From: Candidatus Kaiserbacteria bacterium
GTDB lineage: Bacteria > Patescibacteriota > Minisyncoccia > Phycocordibacterales > UBA918
Reading direction: 5' to 3'
Length of the DNA stretch: 64,000 nucleotides
Assembly (NCBI GenBank): GCA_016204695.1
Contig: JACQKD010000014.1
Span: 18,562 to 82,561, forward strand
The notes under the pieces were generated by a model. The model saw nothing but the letters and a program-made list of their open reading frames with translations, searched no databases and was not told the DNA's origin. The position numbers and the translations under genes were made by a program. This document shows, in pieces, positions 29,887 to 39,203 of this stretch (the stretch's first letter is position 1; the number at the start of each line of letters is the position of its first letter).

Positions 29887-30075
29887 CGGTCAACGGCCTG
29901 ACACCGGTTAAGACCGTGGCCTTCTCTCAATAGAAGGCCCGAACGACTGACACGGGAAGTTTCATTCGCCGACGGGTGAAGATGCTTAAGATACAGTCTA
30001 GCCCTCTTATAGTGTCTGTCGAAAAAGAGGTGTAAGCGAAGGACGAGGTCCCCGGTTCAATCCCGGGAGATGGCT
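29794..30075 (+). tRNA. tRNA-Thr(GGT), split by an intron (exons 29794-29829 and 30039-30075)
   Basis: Joined exons give GCCATCT-TA-GCTCAGTTGGTAGAGC-G-CGTCC-ATGGTAA-GGACG-AGGTC-CCCGG-TTCAATC-CCGGG-AGATGGC-T, a complete cloverleaf. Confidence 0.92.
29830..30038 (+). ncRNA. Group I self-splicing intron (209 nt, no internal ORF)
   Basis: 5' exon ends in U paired with G in P1 (GGUAGA/UCUGCC); terminal G; P3 TCCCG/CGGGA, P4 ACGGTC/GACCGT, P6 GGCCTTCT/AGAAGGCC, P7 GACTG/CAGTC with J8/7 AAGATA, P9 CCTCTT/AAGAGG. Confidence 0.88.
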
Positions 30076-30096
30076 CAATAGATCCATAGGCGGAAG

Positions 30097-30681
30097 TTAT
30101 AACGGCTTAAAGAGTGCTTGGAGCGCTTCTTTCTTTTCAGGGTACAGCTTCGCTTCATACAATACCGGCGCGATCTCTTTCTCGGAGAAATGTTTACTCG
30201 TGCCAATCTCAACAAACTCATCGAACGTAACCGGCTTGAGTGTGATCCTTTCGCCGGCATCGAGATGCATGTCCGCGATTTTGGTGAGACCTTTTGCGAT
30301 GAAACTGAAAACGACGTAGTCAATCTTCGAGGTAGGGTGGTGAGCATCCCATAGGGTAAACTCGGATGCTTCATATCCGCTTTCTTCGAGGAGCTCGCGC
30401 TTTGCCGCGTCGAGGATATCCTCACCCTCATCAACCCGACCTCCGGTTGCCGCAATAAAAGACGCTTTCCCGGGCTGTTCTTGCTCGGTCAGTACGATCT
30501 TCCCGTCGTCGAGCACCGGAAACACGACGACCGTGTCGGCTCGTTTCAGTTTTTCAAACATTGTTTTCGTGCCGTCGAAAAGCTCCTGCTCCCATTGGTA
30601 GACATCGAAGATGACCCCGTCAAAGACTTTTTTCGCATGATCAGGGATCGGCTGATCCGACGGCGGTCGAGAGATATGCAT
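30097..30681 (-). CDS. NUDIX hydrolase (ADP-ribose pyrophosphatase-like)
   Basis: GGRVDEGEDILDAAKRELLEESG Nudix box; LDAGERI. Confidence 0.88.
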   Translation of the reverse strand: MHISRPPSDQPIPDHAKKVFDGVIFDVYQWEQELFDGTKTMFEKLKRADTVVVFPVLDDGKIVLTEQEQPGKASFIAATGGRVDEGEDILDAAKRELLEESGYEASEFTLWDAHHPTSKIDYVVFSFIAKGLTKIADMHLDAGERITLKPVTFDEFVEIGTSKHFSEKEIAPVLYEAKLYPEKKEALQALFKPL

Positions 30682-30738
30682 AGCAAGGAGATTGTACCAC
30701 TACAAGAAGAACGGCACCCGCGCATGCGCAGGTGCTGT

Positions 30739-30972
30739 TCAAAGATAGTTCTTACTGGGTCTGATCACTTCGACAGACTTTCTGGCCTTTATGATGTGAC
30801 AGGTGAATTTCATTAATGTCACACGCCGACAAAAATTACACCAGCGTCTGATGTAAGGAATCGGCGCTCCGTCGGGTTTAAACATACCTTGCTCTTGTCC
30901 AACATCAAGGAAATGATCGCACCGGGTACAGGTAAATCTCAACAGGGGAACCGAGATGCTCATCTCTGCCAC
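30739..30972 (-). CDS. Small zinc-ribbon protein
   Basis: CTRC...CNFC cysteine pairs. Confidence 0.5.
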   Translation of the reverse strand: MAEMSISVPLLRFTCTRCDHFLDVGQEQGMFKPDGAPIPYIRRWCNFCRRVTLMKFTCHIIKARKSVEVIRPSKNYL

Positions 30973-30989
30973 TCTTTTCTCCTAAAGAA

Positions 30990-31733
30990 CTATATTTTCA
31001 CCTTCGCCATACGGAGCAGTTTCAAATGCGCCGCATGAAGAAGAACCGCGAACCACGCGACGACGATCGACGTGGCCGCAAGTACGTTCCCCACGATGCC
31101 GAGAACGGCATGATAAGGAGCGAAAACCAAAAACATTACCGCGACCCACATGAGCAGGAGGCGGACGCGGTCGAGGATGAATTTATAATCCTCGTCTTCG
31201 TCCGTGTTCAACAACGTACCGTTGGAGAGTTTGAATTCTGCCATGCGCAGAAGTCCGAGTATGCCCCAGCTGATCAAAAACCAGAGTAAAAATTCCACCG
31301 CCAGAATGTGATAGACCACGAGTGCGATGCCGATGACAATCGACATTGAGAGATCGCGTATCCAATCGAGTTTTGCACCAAGGACCGTCACCCTGTCATT
31401 GTTTCTCGCAAGCGGACCATCGAGCATATCGGTGAAGCCGGCGAGCAGGATGCCGACAAAAATGACTTCTACCGGTACGCCGATCCAAAACAAGCACGCA
31501 AGCGCGGCAATGAGCAGAAAGCCGAGATACGTCACCGTGTTCGGGGATATTCGCTTCATGCGGCGCGTCAGCGGCAAGAAAAGTCGGTCGCGGCGAGCGG
31601 CCTCGATCTCGGTCGCGCGGGAGAAAAAGAACGCCAGCGTCTCTTTGTGAGCAAATCGAGCGCACAGGAAATACCCGGCCGGAACCGCCAGTCCGAAGAA
31701 AATGATGCTTCCTGCAACGGAATAGAAATCCAT
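30990..31733 (-). CDS. CDP-alcohol phosphatidyltransferase family protein
   Basis: ISPNTVT; DMLDGPLAR...[10 protein letters not shown] signature. Confidence 0.88.
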   Translation of the reverse strand: MDFYSVAGSIIFFGLAVPAGYFLCARFAHKETLAFFFSRATEIEAARRDRLFLPLTRRMKRISPNTVTYLGFLLIAALACLFWIGVPVEVIFVGILLAGFTDMLDGPLARNNDRVTVLGAKLDWIRDLSMSIVIGIALVVYHILAVEFLLWFLISWGILGLLRMAEFKLSNGTLLNTDEDEDYKFILDRVRLLLMWVAVMFLVFAPYHAVLGIVGNVLAATSIVVAWFAVLLHAAHLKLLRMAKVKI

Positions 31734-31853
31734 TTCGCGTATACTAGCATACCTTTGAGAGTGCATATACCGGTCCCGGAAACGGCATGTCGACGCTCGT
31801 GCCGATGGGGCGGTTCCATGGTTATTTTCGAGATTGGCTCTATAATGACCCGT

Positions 31854-32729
31854 ATGGAAAAAGAGGACATCAACGCACGCATAGCGACACTTGAAATCGC
31901 GATGACGCGAGCCGATTTTTGGAGTGATCCGAAGGCGGCGCAGGCGATGATCAAAGAACTCAATACGCTCAAAGAGCAGGCGGCGGGAAAGGAAAAATAT
32001 GATCGCACCAACGCAATCTTCACCATCGTCGCGGGCGCGGGAGGAGACGACGCTGAAGATTTCGCCCGGATGCTCGTCTCGATGTACCAGAAATACGCTG
32101 AAAAACGCGGCTGGAGCGTCAACATGCTCGATGAGAATAAGAACGATCGGGGCGGTTACCGCAACATCGTTTTTGAAGTGGCGGGGAAGGACGCCTACGG
32201 GATGCTAAAACGCGAGTCGGGCGTGCATCGCCTCGTGCGAATGTCGCCCTTCAATGCATCGGGAAAACGACAGACCTCGTTTACGCTTGTGGAAGTGTCG
32301 CCGAAAGTCGAGCCGGGTGAAGTGAAGCTCAATGAAGAGGATCTGGACGTGAGTTTCGCCCGCGCCGGAGGCGCGGGCGGCCAAAATGTCAACCGCCGCG
32401 AGACCGCCGTGCGCATTGTGCACAAGCCGACCAACATTTCCGTCCACGTCTCCTCCGAGCGCAGTCAGCAACAAAACCGCGAACGGGCGCTCGCACTCCT
32501 TGCCGGCAAGTTGTACACATTCGAAGAAGCGCAACACAAACGCGAAATGCAGGGTCTTTCCGTCGAAAAGACCGTGAAAATCGAGTGGGGAAGCCAGATA
32601 CGCTCGTACGTACTCCATCCCTATCAGCTCGTCAAGGACCACCGCACCGACACCGAAGTGCGCAATGTCGACGCCGTACTGGACGGCGATATAACAACTT
32701 TTCTAGACGCGGAACGAGAGCTGGGATAG
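31854..32729 (+). CDS. prfB: Peptide chain release factor 2 (shortened domain 1)
   Basis: [17 protein letters not shown] (SPF), GGQNVN and [13 protein letters not shown]; lies upstream of ftsEX. Confidence 0.92.
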   Translation: MEKEDINARIATLEIAMTRADFWSDPKAAQAMIKELNTLKEQAAGKEKYDRTNAIFTIVAGAGGDDAEDFARMLVSMYQKYAEKRGWSVNMLDENKNDRGGYRNIVFEVAGKDAYGMLKRESGVHRLVRMSPFNASGKRQTSFTLVEVSPKVEPGEVKLNEEDLDVSFARAGGAGGQNVNRRETAVRIVHKPTNISVHVSSERSQQQNRERALALLAGKLYTFEEAQHKREMQGLSVEKTVKIEWGSQIRSYVLHPYQLVKDHRTDTEVRNVDAVLDGDITTFLDAERELG

Positions 32730-32775
32730 AATGGAACGCGTTGTATACGGAAGCTTCCGCAGTTGGCGCTTTTCT

Positions 32776-33456
32776 ATGATCTACTTTGATAAAGTCTCGA
32801 AAATCTACGGAGAGGAATCGATAGCCCTTGAAGACGTCACCTTTGAAGTCGCCCCGGGCGAATTTCTTTCCATCGTCGGCCACTCCGGCGCAGGCAAGAC
32901 GACACTCATAAAAATGCTCATCGTCGAGGACCGGCCGACCGCCGGTACCGTCTATTTCGAATCGAAAGATGTGCACGCCATTCCGCGCCGCCAGCTCCCG
33001 CGCTATCGCCGCAAGATCGGCACGGTATTTCAAGATTTCAAATTGCTCCCGCACAAAACCGCCTATGAAAACATCGCCTTCGCCATGGAGGCCAACGGCC
33101 GCAGTGACGAAGAGATAGAAGAAAACGTGCCGCAGGCGCTCGGACTCGTGGATCTCGCGGACAAGATCTGGAATTTCCCGCACCAGCTTTCCGGCGGCGA
33201 AAAACAGCGCGTCGCGATCGCGCGCGCCATCGTCAATCAGCCCGATCTCATCATCGCCGACGAGCCCACCGGCAATCTCGACCCGATCGCCACGTATGAA
33301 GTCGTGCAGATCCTCAAAAAAGTCAACGACCTCGGTACCACGATCATCATGACCACGCACAACAAGGGCGTGATCGATGCGCTCGGGAGACGCGTCATCA
33401 CCATGGACCGCGGACGCATTGTGCGAGACGATAGCGAAGGCAAGTATGTGCTGTAG
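32776..33456 (+). CDS. ftsE: Cell division ATP-binding protein FtsE
   Basis: GHSGAGKTT, VFQDFKLL, LSGGEKQRVAIARA and DEPTGNLD; adjacent to ftsX. Confidence 0.92.
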   Translation: MIYFDKVSKIYGEESIALEDVTFEVAPGEFLSIVGHSGAGKTTLIKMLIVEDRPTAGTVYFESKDVHAIPRRQLPRYRRKIGTVFQDFKLLPHKTAYENIAFAMEANGRSDEEIEENVPQALGLVDLADKIWNFPHQLSGGEKQRVAIARAIVNQPDLIIADEPTGNLDPIATYEVVQILKKVNDLGTTIIMTTHNKGVIDALGRRVITMDRGRIVRDDSEGKYVL

Positions 33457-33467
33457 AATAAGATTCT

Positions 33468-34409
33468 ATGTGGACTGCATGTAAGCGGATAATAAAAGCG
33501 GGAGTGGTCGGATTTTGGCGCGATGCGTTCGTCTCCTTCACCTCCGTACTTGTCATCACAGTCGCGCTCTTCATGGTCGCCACCACGCTTTTCAACAATC
33601 ACGCCCTCGAAGTGGCGCTCGAAGACCTTGAAGAGAAGGTGGACATCAATATCTACTTCACCATCACCGCCACCGAGGAAGAAATTACGGCGTTCCAAGG
33701 ATTACTCGAAGGACTGCCCGAGGTCGCGGAAGTCACCTATACGTCGCGCAGTCAGGCGCTTGAAGAATTCCGTGCGCGACACGAGGGTGACGAGCTGATC
33801 ATCAAGGGACTCAAAGAGCTTGACGACAATCCGCTCGGCGCGTCGTTGTCCGTCCGTGCAAAGGAGACGTCGCAGTACGAAGGTATCGCGACATTCGTCG
33901 TCGCCCAGCATGAAAATCCGCCATCGGGCACCTCTATCATCGACCGTGTCAATTACAATCAAAATAAAAAAGCGATCAGCCGCCTCAACGACATCATCAA
34001 CTCCACCCGCAACGACAACACCACCAAAGCGATTCTCCTCATCGCCATCGCGCTTTTTGTCTCGTTCAATACGATCCGGCTTGCAATCCACAATGCCCGC
34101 GAGGAGATCGGCGTCATGCGGCTCGTCGGCGCAAGCAACACGTTTATCAGTATGCCGTTTATGGTATCGGGCATCCTGCAGGGGCTGATTGCGGGAGTGC
34201 TCGTGGTGCTTCTCCTGTACCCGGCGCTTATTTTCTATGAAAGCGCTTTCTATCCGTTTCCGTTTTTCGACGAGGCGGGATACGGCAAGCTTCTCTTCGG
34301 CTATTTCGTCATCAACTTCGCCGCCATATTCTTCACCATCGTCGGTAGCGGCATCCTCATTGGAGCGATTTCCAGCTTTCTCGCGGTGCGGCGGTATCTC
34401 AGAATATAG
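33468..34409 (+). CDS. ftsX: Cell division permease FtsX
   Basis: NTIRLAI...REEIGVMRLVGAS; four TM helices. Confidence 0.9.
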   Translation: MWTACKRIIKAGVVGFWRDAFVSFTSVLVITVALFMVATTLFNNHALEVALEDLEEKVDINIYFTITATEEEITAFQGLLEGLPEVAEVTYTSRSQALEEFRARHEGDELIIKGLKELDDNPLGASLSVRAKETSQYEGIATFVVAQHENPPSGTSIIDRVNYNQNKKAISRLNDIINSTRNDNTTKAILLIAIALFVSFNTIRLAIHNAREEIGVMRLVGASNTFISMPFMVSGILQGLIAGVLVVLLLYPALIFYESAFYPFPFFDEAGYGKLLFGYFVINFAAIFFTIVGSGILIGAISSFLAVRRYLRI

Positions 34410-34418
34410 CGTACGAAT

Positions 34419-36083
34419 ATGACGGCACGACAGCATACGGAAGAACGGAACACCACACGAAAATACATCTTTGTCGTCGGCGGCGTAATGTCATCGGTCG
34501 GCAAAGGCATCGCGACGGCCTCCATCGGCAAAATACTGCAAGCGCGCGGTTACAAAGTCTCGCTCGTGAAGTGCGACATGTACGTCAACATCGACGCGGG
34601 CACCATCCGCCCGACCGAGCACGGCGAGGTGTTCGTCGGTGAAGACGGCATCGAAGCCGACCAAGACCTCGGCAACTACGAGCGCTTCACCGACCAGACC
34701 TCGACCGCCCTCCATTACCTCACCACCGGACAGGTCTATGCCGAGGTCATCAAGCGCGAGCGCAACTTGGAATACGGCGGCGAGGACGTGGAAGTCGTCC
34801 CGGATATCCCGAACGAAATCATCCGCCGTATCAAGCTCGCGGGAGAGACGGACCAGAGCGACTTCGTCGTCATCGAAATCGGCGGCACTGTCGGCGAATA
34901 TCAAAACGTGCTGTTTCTCGAAGCCGGACGCATGATGAAGGCGCGCCACAAAAACGACGTGCTCTTTGTCCTCGTGAGCTACCTGCCCATTCCGGGAAAA
35001 GTCGGCGAAATGAAAACCAAGCCGACCCAATACGCCGCACGGACGCTCAACGCAACCGGCATCCAAGCTGACTTCATCCTCTGCCGTTCCGAACACATGA
35101 TCGATGAGAAACGCCGCGAGAAGCTCGCGCTCTTTTGCAACATCGAACCGGAGGATGCCATCGCCGCGCCGGATGTGGACTCCATCTATGACGTGCCGGT
35201 CAACTTCGCGCGCGATGGACTCGACCTGCGCATCTTGCAAAAGTTCGGGCTTGAACCGAAAGCGGACAATCTCGGGCAGTGGTCTGCGCTCGCGGAAAAA
35301 ATCAAAACCCTTACGGATACCGTCTCCATCGGGGTGGTCGGCAAATATTTCAATACCGGTGACTTTACGCTCGCCGATTCATACATTTCCGTCCTTGAGT
35401 CCATCAAGCACGCGGCGTGGGAAGCAGGCGTCAAACCGAAAATCTCGTGGCTCGATGCCGAAGCATACGAAAAAGACCCGTCAAAACTCTCCGAGCTTTC
35501 CGGCTACGACGGCATCATCGTCCCGGGCGGCTTCGGCTCGCGCGGAGTGGAAGGCAAAATCCTCGCCGTCGAATACGTCCGCAAAAACAACATCCCCTAC
35601 CTCGGCCTCTGTTACGGCCTCCAGATGGCCGTCATAGAATACGCCCGCAATGTCTGCGGGCTCGCGGATGCCAATACCACGGAAGTAAACAAAGACACCC
35701 CGCACCCCGTCATCGACGTCATGGTCGACCAGAAAGCAAATATCGCAGAAAAGAAAATGGGCGGCACCATGCGTCTCGGCGCCTATCCCTGTGAGCTCAA
35801 AGACGGCACCATAAGTAGGGAAGCGTATGGAAAGAAAAACATCAGTGAACGGCACCGCCATCGCTATGAAGTCAACAACGAATACCGCGCACAACTCGAA
35901 GAGGCAGGTCTCGTCATAGCCGGCCGCAACCCCGACCGCGACCTCGTTGAAATCATCGAGCTTCCGCAGTCGAAACACCCGTTCTTCGTCGGCGTCCAAT
36001 TCCACCCCGAATTCCTCTCCCGCCCCCTTGCTCCGCACCCCCTCTTTATGGCATTTATTAAGGCGGCGACAAAGACAAAGTAA
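34419..36083 (+). CDS. pyrG: CTP synthase
   Basis: GGVMSSVGKG, DLGNYERF, KTKPTQ, GLCYGLQ, RHRHRYE and QFHPE. Confidence 0.97.
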   Translation: MTARQHTEERNTTRKYIFVVGGVMSSVGKGIATASIGKILQARGYKVSLVKCDMYVNIDAGTIRPTEHGEVFVGEDGIEADQDLGNYERFTDQTSTALHYLTTGQVYAEVIKRERNLEYGGEDVEVVPDIPNEIIRRIKLAGETDQSDFVVIEIGGTVGEYQNVLFLEAGRMMKARHKNDVLFVLVSYLPIPGKVGEMKTKPTQYAARTLNATGIQADFILCRSEHMIDEKRREKLALFCNIEPEDAIAAPDVDSIYDVPVNFARDGLDLRILQKFGLEPKADNLGQWSALAEKIKTLTDTVSIGVVGKYFNTGDFTLADSYISVLESIKHAAWEAGVKPKISWLDAEAYEKDPSKLSELSGYDGIIVPGGFGSRGVEGKILAVEYVRKNNIPYLGLCYGLQMAVIEYARNVCGLADANTTEVNKDTPHPVIDVMVDQKANIAEKKMGGTMRLGAYPCELKDGTISREAYGKKNISERHRHRYEVNNEYRAQLEEAGLVIAGRNPDRDLVEIIELPQSKHPFFVGVQFHPEFLSRPLAPHPLFMAFIKAATKTK

Positions 36084-36116
36084 TCGTTCCAATCTACCAA
36101 TGTAGGAGGAATACGA

Positions 36117-36350
36117 GTGGCGACAGTAATTCGAGAGCTTATCTCTCACTACAAATTCGCTCTGATAGTTTCCCGAGCCGACTACCTCTATACCGGCGAC
36201 CAACCGGTCCAAGCGGGCGATAGCCTACGCCTCATTCCATGGAACGAGGCAACGGATTGTCCTGCAGGAGACGGTGTAACCCGGCTTATACGAAAAGCGG
36301 CTCCGGAAGGGAAATGTATGCGGCTTACCTGGTATATGGACATTATATAG
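36117..36350 (+). CDS. Small hypothetical protein
   Basis: 77-aa ORF with GTG start after AGGGAG; fills the gap between pyrG and the tRNA. Confidence 0.3.
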   Translation: MATVIRELISHYKFALIVSRADYLYTGDQPVQAGDSLRLIPWNEATDCPAGDGVTRLIRKAAPEGKCMRLTWYMDII

Positions 36351-36422
36351 GTACGTCCAATGCCAGGAACATACCTATATGCTACAGTATGGACGCATCA
36401 AATGATGCGTCCACCTATTTTT

Positions 36423-36493
36423 TGCCGGGTCGTCTAATGGTAGGACTCGGGACTTTGAATCCCGCTATCTTGGTTCGAATCCAAGCCCGGCAG
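36423..36493 (+). tRNA. tRNA-Gln(TTG)
   Basis: Acceptor stem TGCCGGG/CCCGGCA; anticodon arm CGGGA-CTTTGAA-TCCCG; T-loop TTCGAAT. Confidence 0.93.
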
Positions 36494-36497
36494 CAAT

Positions 36498-36701
36498 ATG
36501 TATTGGAGCTTTGCCGTAGTAAATAATAGATTAGCGGAAGTATTCTTTGATAAGACCAAAAAGGGTACGACAAAAATCCACGGACATTGCTATGTCAAGA
36601 AGGAAGAATATAAAACCAAAAAAGAACAATTGTGGATCAAGAAAGACTGCGAACGAATCCGTCTTGTATACAGAAACAAAAAGTATCGTAAAATAGGATA
36701 G
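36498..36701 (+). CDS. Small lysine-rich hypothetical protein
   Basis: 67-aa ORF directly after the tRNA; NNRLAEVFF...GHCYV. Confidence 0.55.
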   Translation: MYWSFAVVNNRLAEVFFDKTKKGTTKIHGHCYVKKEEYKTKKEQLWIKKDCERIRLVYRNKKYRKIG

Positions 36702-36707
36702 CTCGCT

Positions 36708-37361
36708 ATGAAATTACTTCTCACCTCGTCCGGGTTTACGAATACATCGATAACAAATGCCTTGCGGGAATTACTTGGTAAAGACTTCAAAGACACGAAT
36801 CTTGTATTTATCCCGACCGCCGCCAATGTCGAGACAGGCGGCAAAGAGTGGCTCATCGACGACTTTATCGCGTGCAAAAAACTCGGCTTTAAGGAAATCG
36901 ATATAGTCGACATCGCGGCCGTCCCGCAAGAAGTATGGGAACCTCGGCTCAAGAACGCGGACATCATCATGGTCGGCGGAGGCAACACCTCATACCTCAT
37001 GGGACAGATAAAAAAGTCAGGGCTGGGAACCCTTCTGCCCGACCTGCTGGAAACACGCATCTATGTGGGCATAAGCGCCGGCAGTATGGTAACTGCGCCG
37101 AAGTTGCAAGAAAAAGAAATGCAAATGCTCTATAACGAACCGATTTTTGATGACGAAACCAATGAGGGTTTGGGCTTTGTTGATTTTCTCGTCGTGCCGC
37201 ATATGAATTCGCCGCACTTCCCTCGTGTCGCCGAACAGATAGACGAAGTTGCCAAAGACACCGATGTCCCGTTCTATGCGCTGGACGACCAATCGGCCGT
37301 GAAAGTTACTGACGGAAATGTCGAAGTCGTTTCAGAGGGGAAGTGGAAGCGATTTAATTAG
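36708..37361 (+). CDS. Peptidase S51 family (peptidase E-like)
   Basis: LLLTSSG, FIPTA, VGGGNT, YVGISAGSM and VPH motifs. Confidence 0.88.
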   Translation: MKLLLTSSGFTNTSITNALRELLGKDFKDTNLVFIPTAANVETGGKEWLIDDFIACKKLGFKEIDIVDIAAVPQEVWEPRLKNADIIMVGGGNTSYLMGQIKKSGLGTLLPDLLETRIYVGISAGSMVTAPKLQEKEMQMLYNEPIFDDETNEGLGFVDFLVVPHMNSPHFPRVAEQIDEVAKDTDVPFYALDDQSAVKVTDGNVEVVSEGKWKRFN

Positions 37362-37563
37362 TTCCTTTGATTGACCACTTTTGCTGATGCGGTAGCCCAG
37401 TTTTTGATTCCTGTGATCGCACTCACTTTCGGTACATCTACTCCCTGTGGCGTCATCCAAGTCTTCGTCCTCGTTTCCGCCATATCAGCCCTCCTCTTCC
37501 GCCAGACAAGTCAAACGGGTACAATGCCCAGCATTATGTGGCCAGACCAATGCAGAGCAACAA

Positions 37564-38010
37564 ATGGCGACTTGTAAAGATCTAAAAACAATTGCAAAAG
37601 CAAGACTGCGGAGTGCAGTAATTCTAATCGATGCTGGCGACTGGGATGGAGCGGCTTACATGATGGGTTACGTCCTAGAATGCGCTCTTAAGGCTGCTGT
37701 ATGCAAGTCGCTACGGTTGACAGACTACCCTCAAAATCGTAAAACTGATACCCATTTTCTCACACATAACTTCGATCAGCTCGTTGTTTTATCAGGGGTA
37801 TCGGACTTATTTGATTCCAACGCAAGCTCAAGTGTGTTCCAAAATTGGTCCGACTTTACAAAGGAGTTTTTGGGTGATTGGCCTGCTATGAGATATAACA
37901 TTCAACACCAACAGACATTTACTGAAATCAAAGTGAGAGACCTGTATACTAACCTTACAGACAAACCAGATGGAATTCTCGCCGTGATAACTAGAAAAAA
38001 ACGATGGTAG
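37564..38010 (+). CDS. HEPN domain protein
   Basis: ARLRSAVILI...AAYMMGYVLECALKA, THNF and W...MRY pattern of HEPN domains. Confidence 0.7.
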   Translation: MATCKDLKTIAKARLRSAVILIDAGDWDGAAYMMGYVLECALKAAVCKSLRLTDYPQNRKTDTHFLTHNFDQLVVLSGVSDLFDSNASSSVFQNWSDFTKEFLGDWPAMRYNIQHQQTFTEIKVRDLYTNLTDKPDGILAVITRKKRW

Positions 38011-38393
38011 AAAAATTTGAAAAAATATTAGAGAAAATCAAATCCGAGAAGGGGCCTCTGACCTTCTTTGGTATATTCAAGATGGATGAATTAACAGATA
38101 AATGGTCCGTCCTATTGTCCGCTACATGGGCATCGGAACACAGCAAAAGAATAGAGGCATTTGAATATCTTTTAGATCTCTTAAGAAAAAATTTGACCTC
38201 GGAGGAAGCACGTTCAATTGCTCGCATCGGAGTATTCTCAAACGATGAACATTTGATCGATTTACTATTGAATTTCCAAAAAGGTTCAAGGATCAGAGAA
38301 CAAAGTATCAACGGAAACATCATACACGATGGCTATGTGTTAGAAGCCAATCGAATAGTCGAATCAGAAATTGTCCCTATACCCGATTATTAG
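38004..38393 (+). CDS. Hypothetical protein, putative HEPN partner
   Basis: Overlaps the HEPN stop codon; AT-rich; DKWSVLLSATW. Confidence 0.6.
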   Translation: MVEKFEKILEKIKSEKGPLTFFGIFKMDELTDKWSVLLSATWASEHSKRIEAFEYLLDLLRKNLTSEEARSIARIGVFSNDEHLIDLLLNFQKGSRIREQSINGNIIHDGYVLEANRIVESEIVPIPDY

Positions 38394-38412
38394 TTTTATC
38401 ATTACTTCTTAT

Positions 38413-38796
38413 ATGCAAGAACAACTGGATACTGCGGGGGAGTTTTCGCTGGTGAGGCGGGCGAGGAGTTTTGTGCATGCGGGGAGGGGCATTTGGGTAT
38501 TTTTGAAAACCACGCCGAATGCATGGATTGAAATCACCATATTCATCGGAGCGGTAGCGGCCGGTATCGTCGTCGGCCTCACCTATATCGAATGGATCCT
38601 GCTCGTATTTGCCGCAGGATTCGTTCTCGTGTCCGAGGCCTTCAATACGGCCATAGAAATAGACATCAACCTCACCTCTCCCGAATACCATCCCTATGCC
38701 AAAGATACGAAAGATGTCGCCGCAGGCGCGGTGCTCATCGCCTCCATCACCGCCCTCATCATCGGTCTCGCCATCTTCGGCCACCATCTGCTATAG
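38413..38796 (+). CDS. dgkA: Diacylglycerol/undecaprenol kinase (DgkA family)
   Basis: SFVHAGRGI, EAFNTAIE and KDVAAGAVL. Confidence 0.9.
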   Translation: MQEQLDTAGEFSLVRRARSFVHAGRGIWVFLKTTPNAWIEITIFIGAVAAGIVVGLTYIEWILLVFAAGFVLVSEAFNTAIEIDINLTSPEYHPYAKDTKDVAAGAVLIASITALIIGLAIFGHHLL

Positions 38797-38811
38797 TTCC
38801 ATATCCACCGC

Positions 38812-39150
38812 ATGCAAAAAGTATTGTCCATATCTCTATATTCGGCCCCGATCATTTTGATGATCGGATTGATCCCTTTGATCCGGGACGACTATGTGCT
38901 CACCGCAGTCTATATAGTGATTATTGCCGTATCTCTCAAATTGATTACGGCGAAACGAAACGACCTTGTTGTCCTCATATTCGGTTTTTTCGCGATGATT
39001 GTCTCCGAATACATCTTCATCAGCACGGGCGCGGAAACATTCGTCAGGAATTCCTTGTTCGGTCTCATGCCCCTTTGGCTACCATTTCTGTGGTCCTATG
39101 GTTTTGTCGCGATAAAGAGGGCGATGGCAGTGCTTGGAACAGACAGGTAA
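38812..39150 (+). CDS. Small integral membrane protein
   Basis: Four hydrophobic segments; MPLWLPFLW. Confidence 0.65.
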   Translation: MQKVLSISLYSAPIILMIGLIPLIRDDYVLTAVYIVIIAVSLKLITAKRNDLVVLIFGFFAMIVSEYIFISTGAETFVRNSLFGLMPLWLPFLWSYGFVAIKRAMAVLGTDR

Positions 39151-39203
39151 GGCAGAGATATATCAAACCGCATGAAAATCTTCGCTATATAATTCATCCG
39201 TAT

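Noticed and set aside
34491-36212. Long antisense ORFs opposite pyrG (similar ones lie opposite purM, ftsX and the Liv genes)
   Set aside because: Shadow ORFs expected from GC-rich codon bias on the strand opposite highly conserved genes
37332-37577. ORF 37371-37577 (+) and a ~50-aa minus-strand ORF with a GAGGAGG site
   Set aside because: No motif support; each overlaps a neighbouring gene; cannot be distinguished from chance
38592-39203. 538-aa version of the pentein ORF
   Set aside because: The extension overlaps dgkA and a membrane-protein gene in other frames; TATAAT precedes ATG 39204
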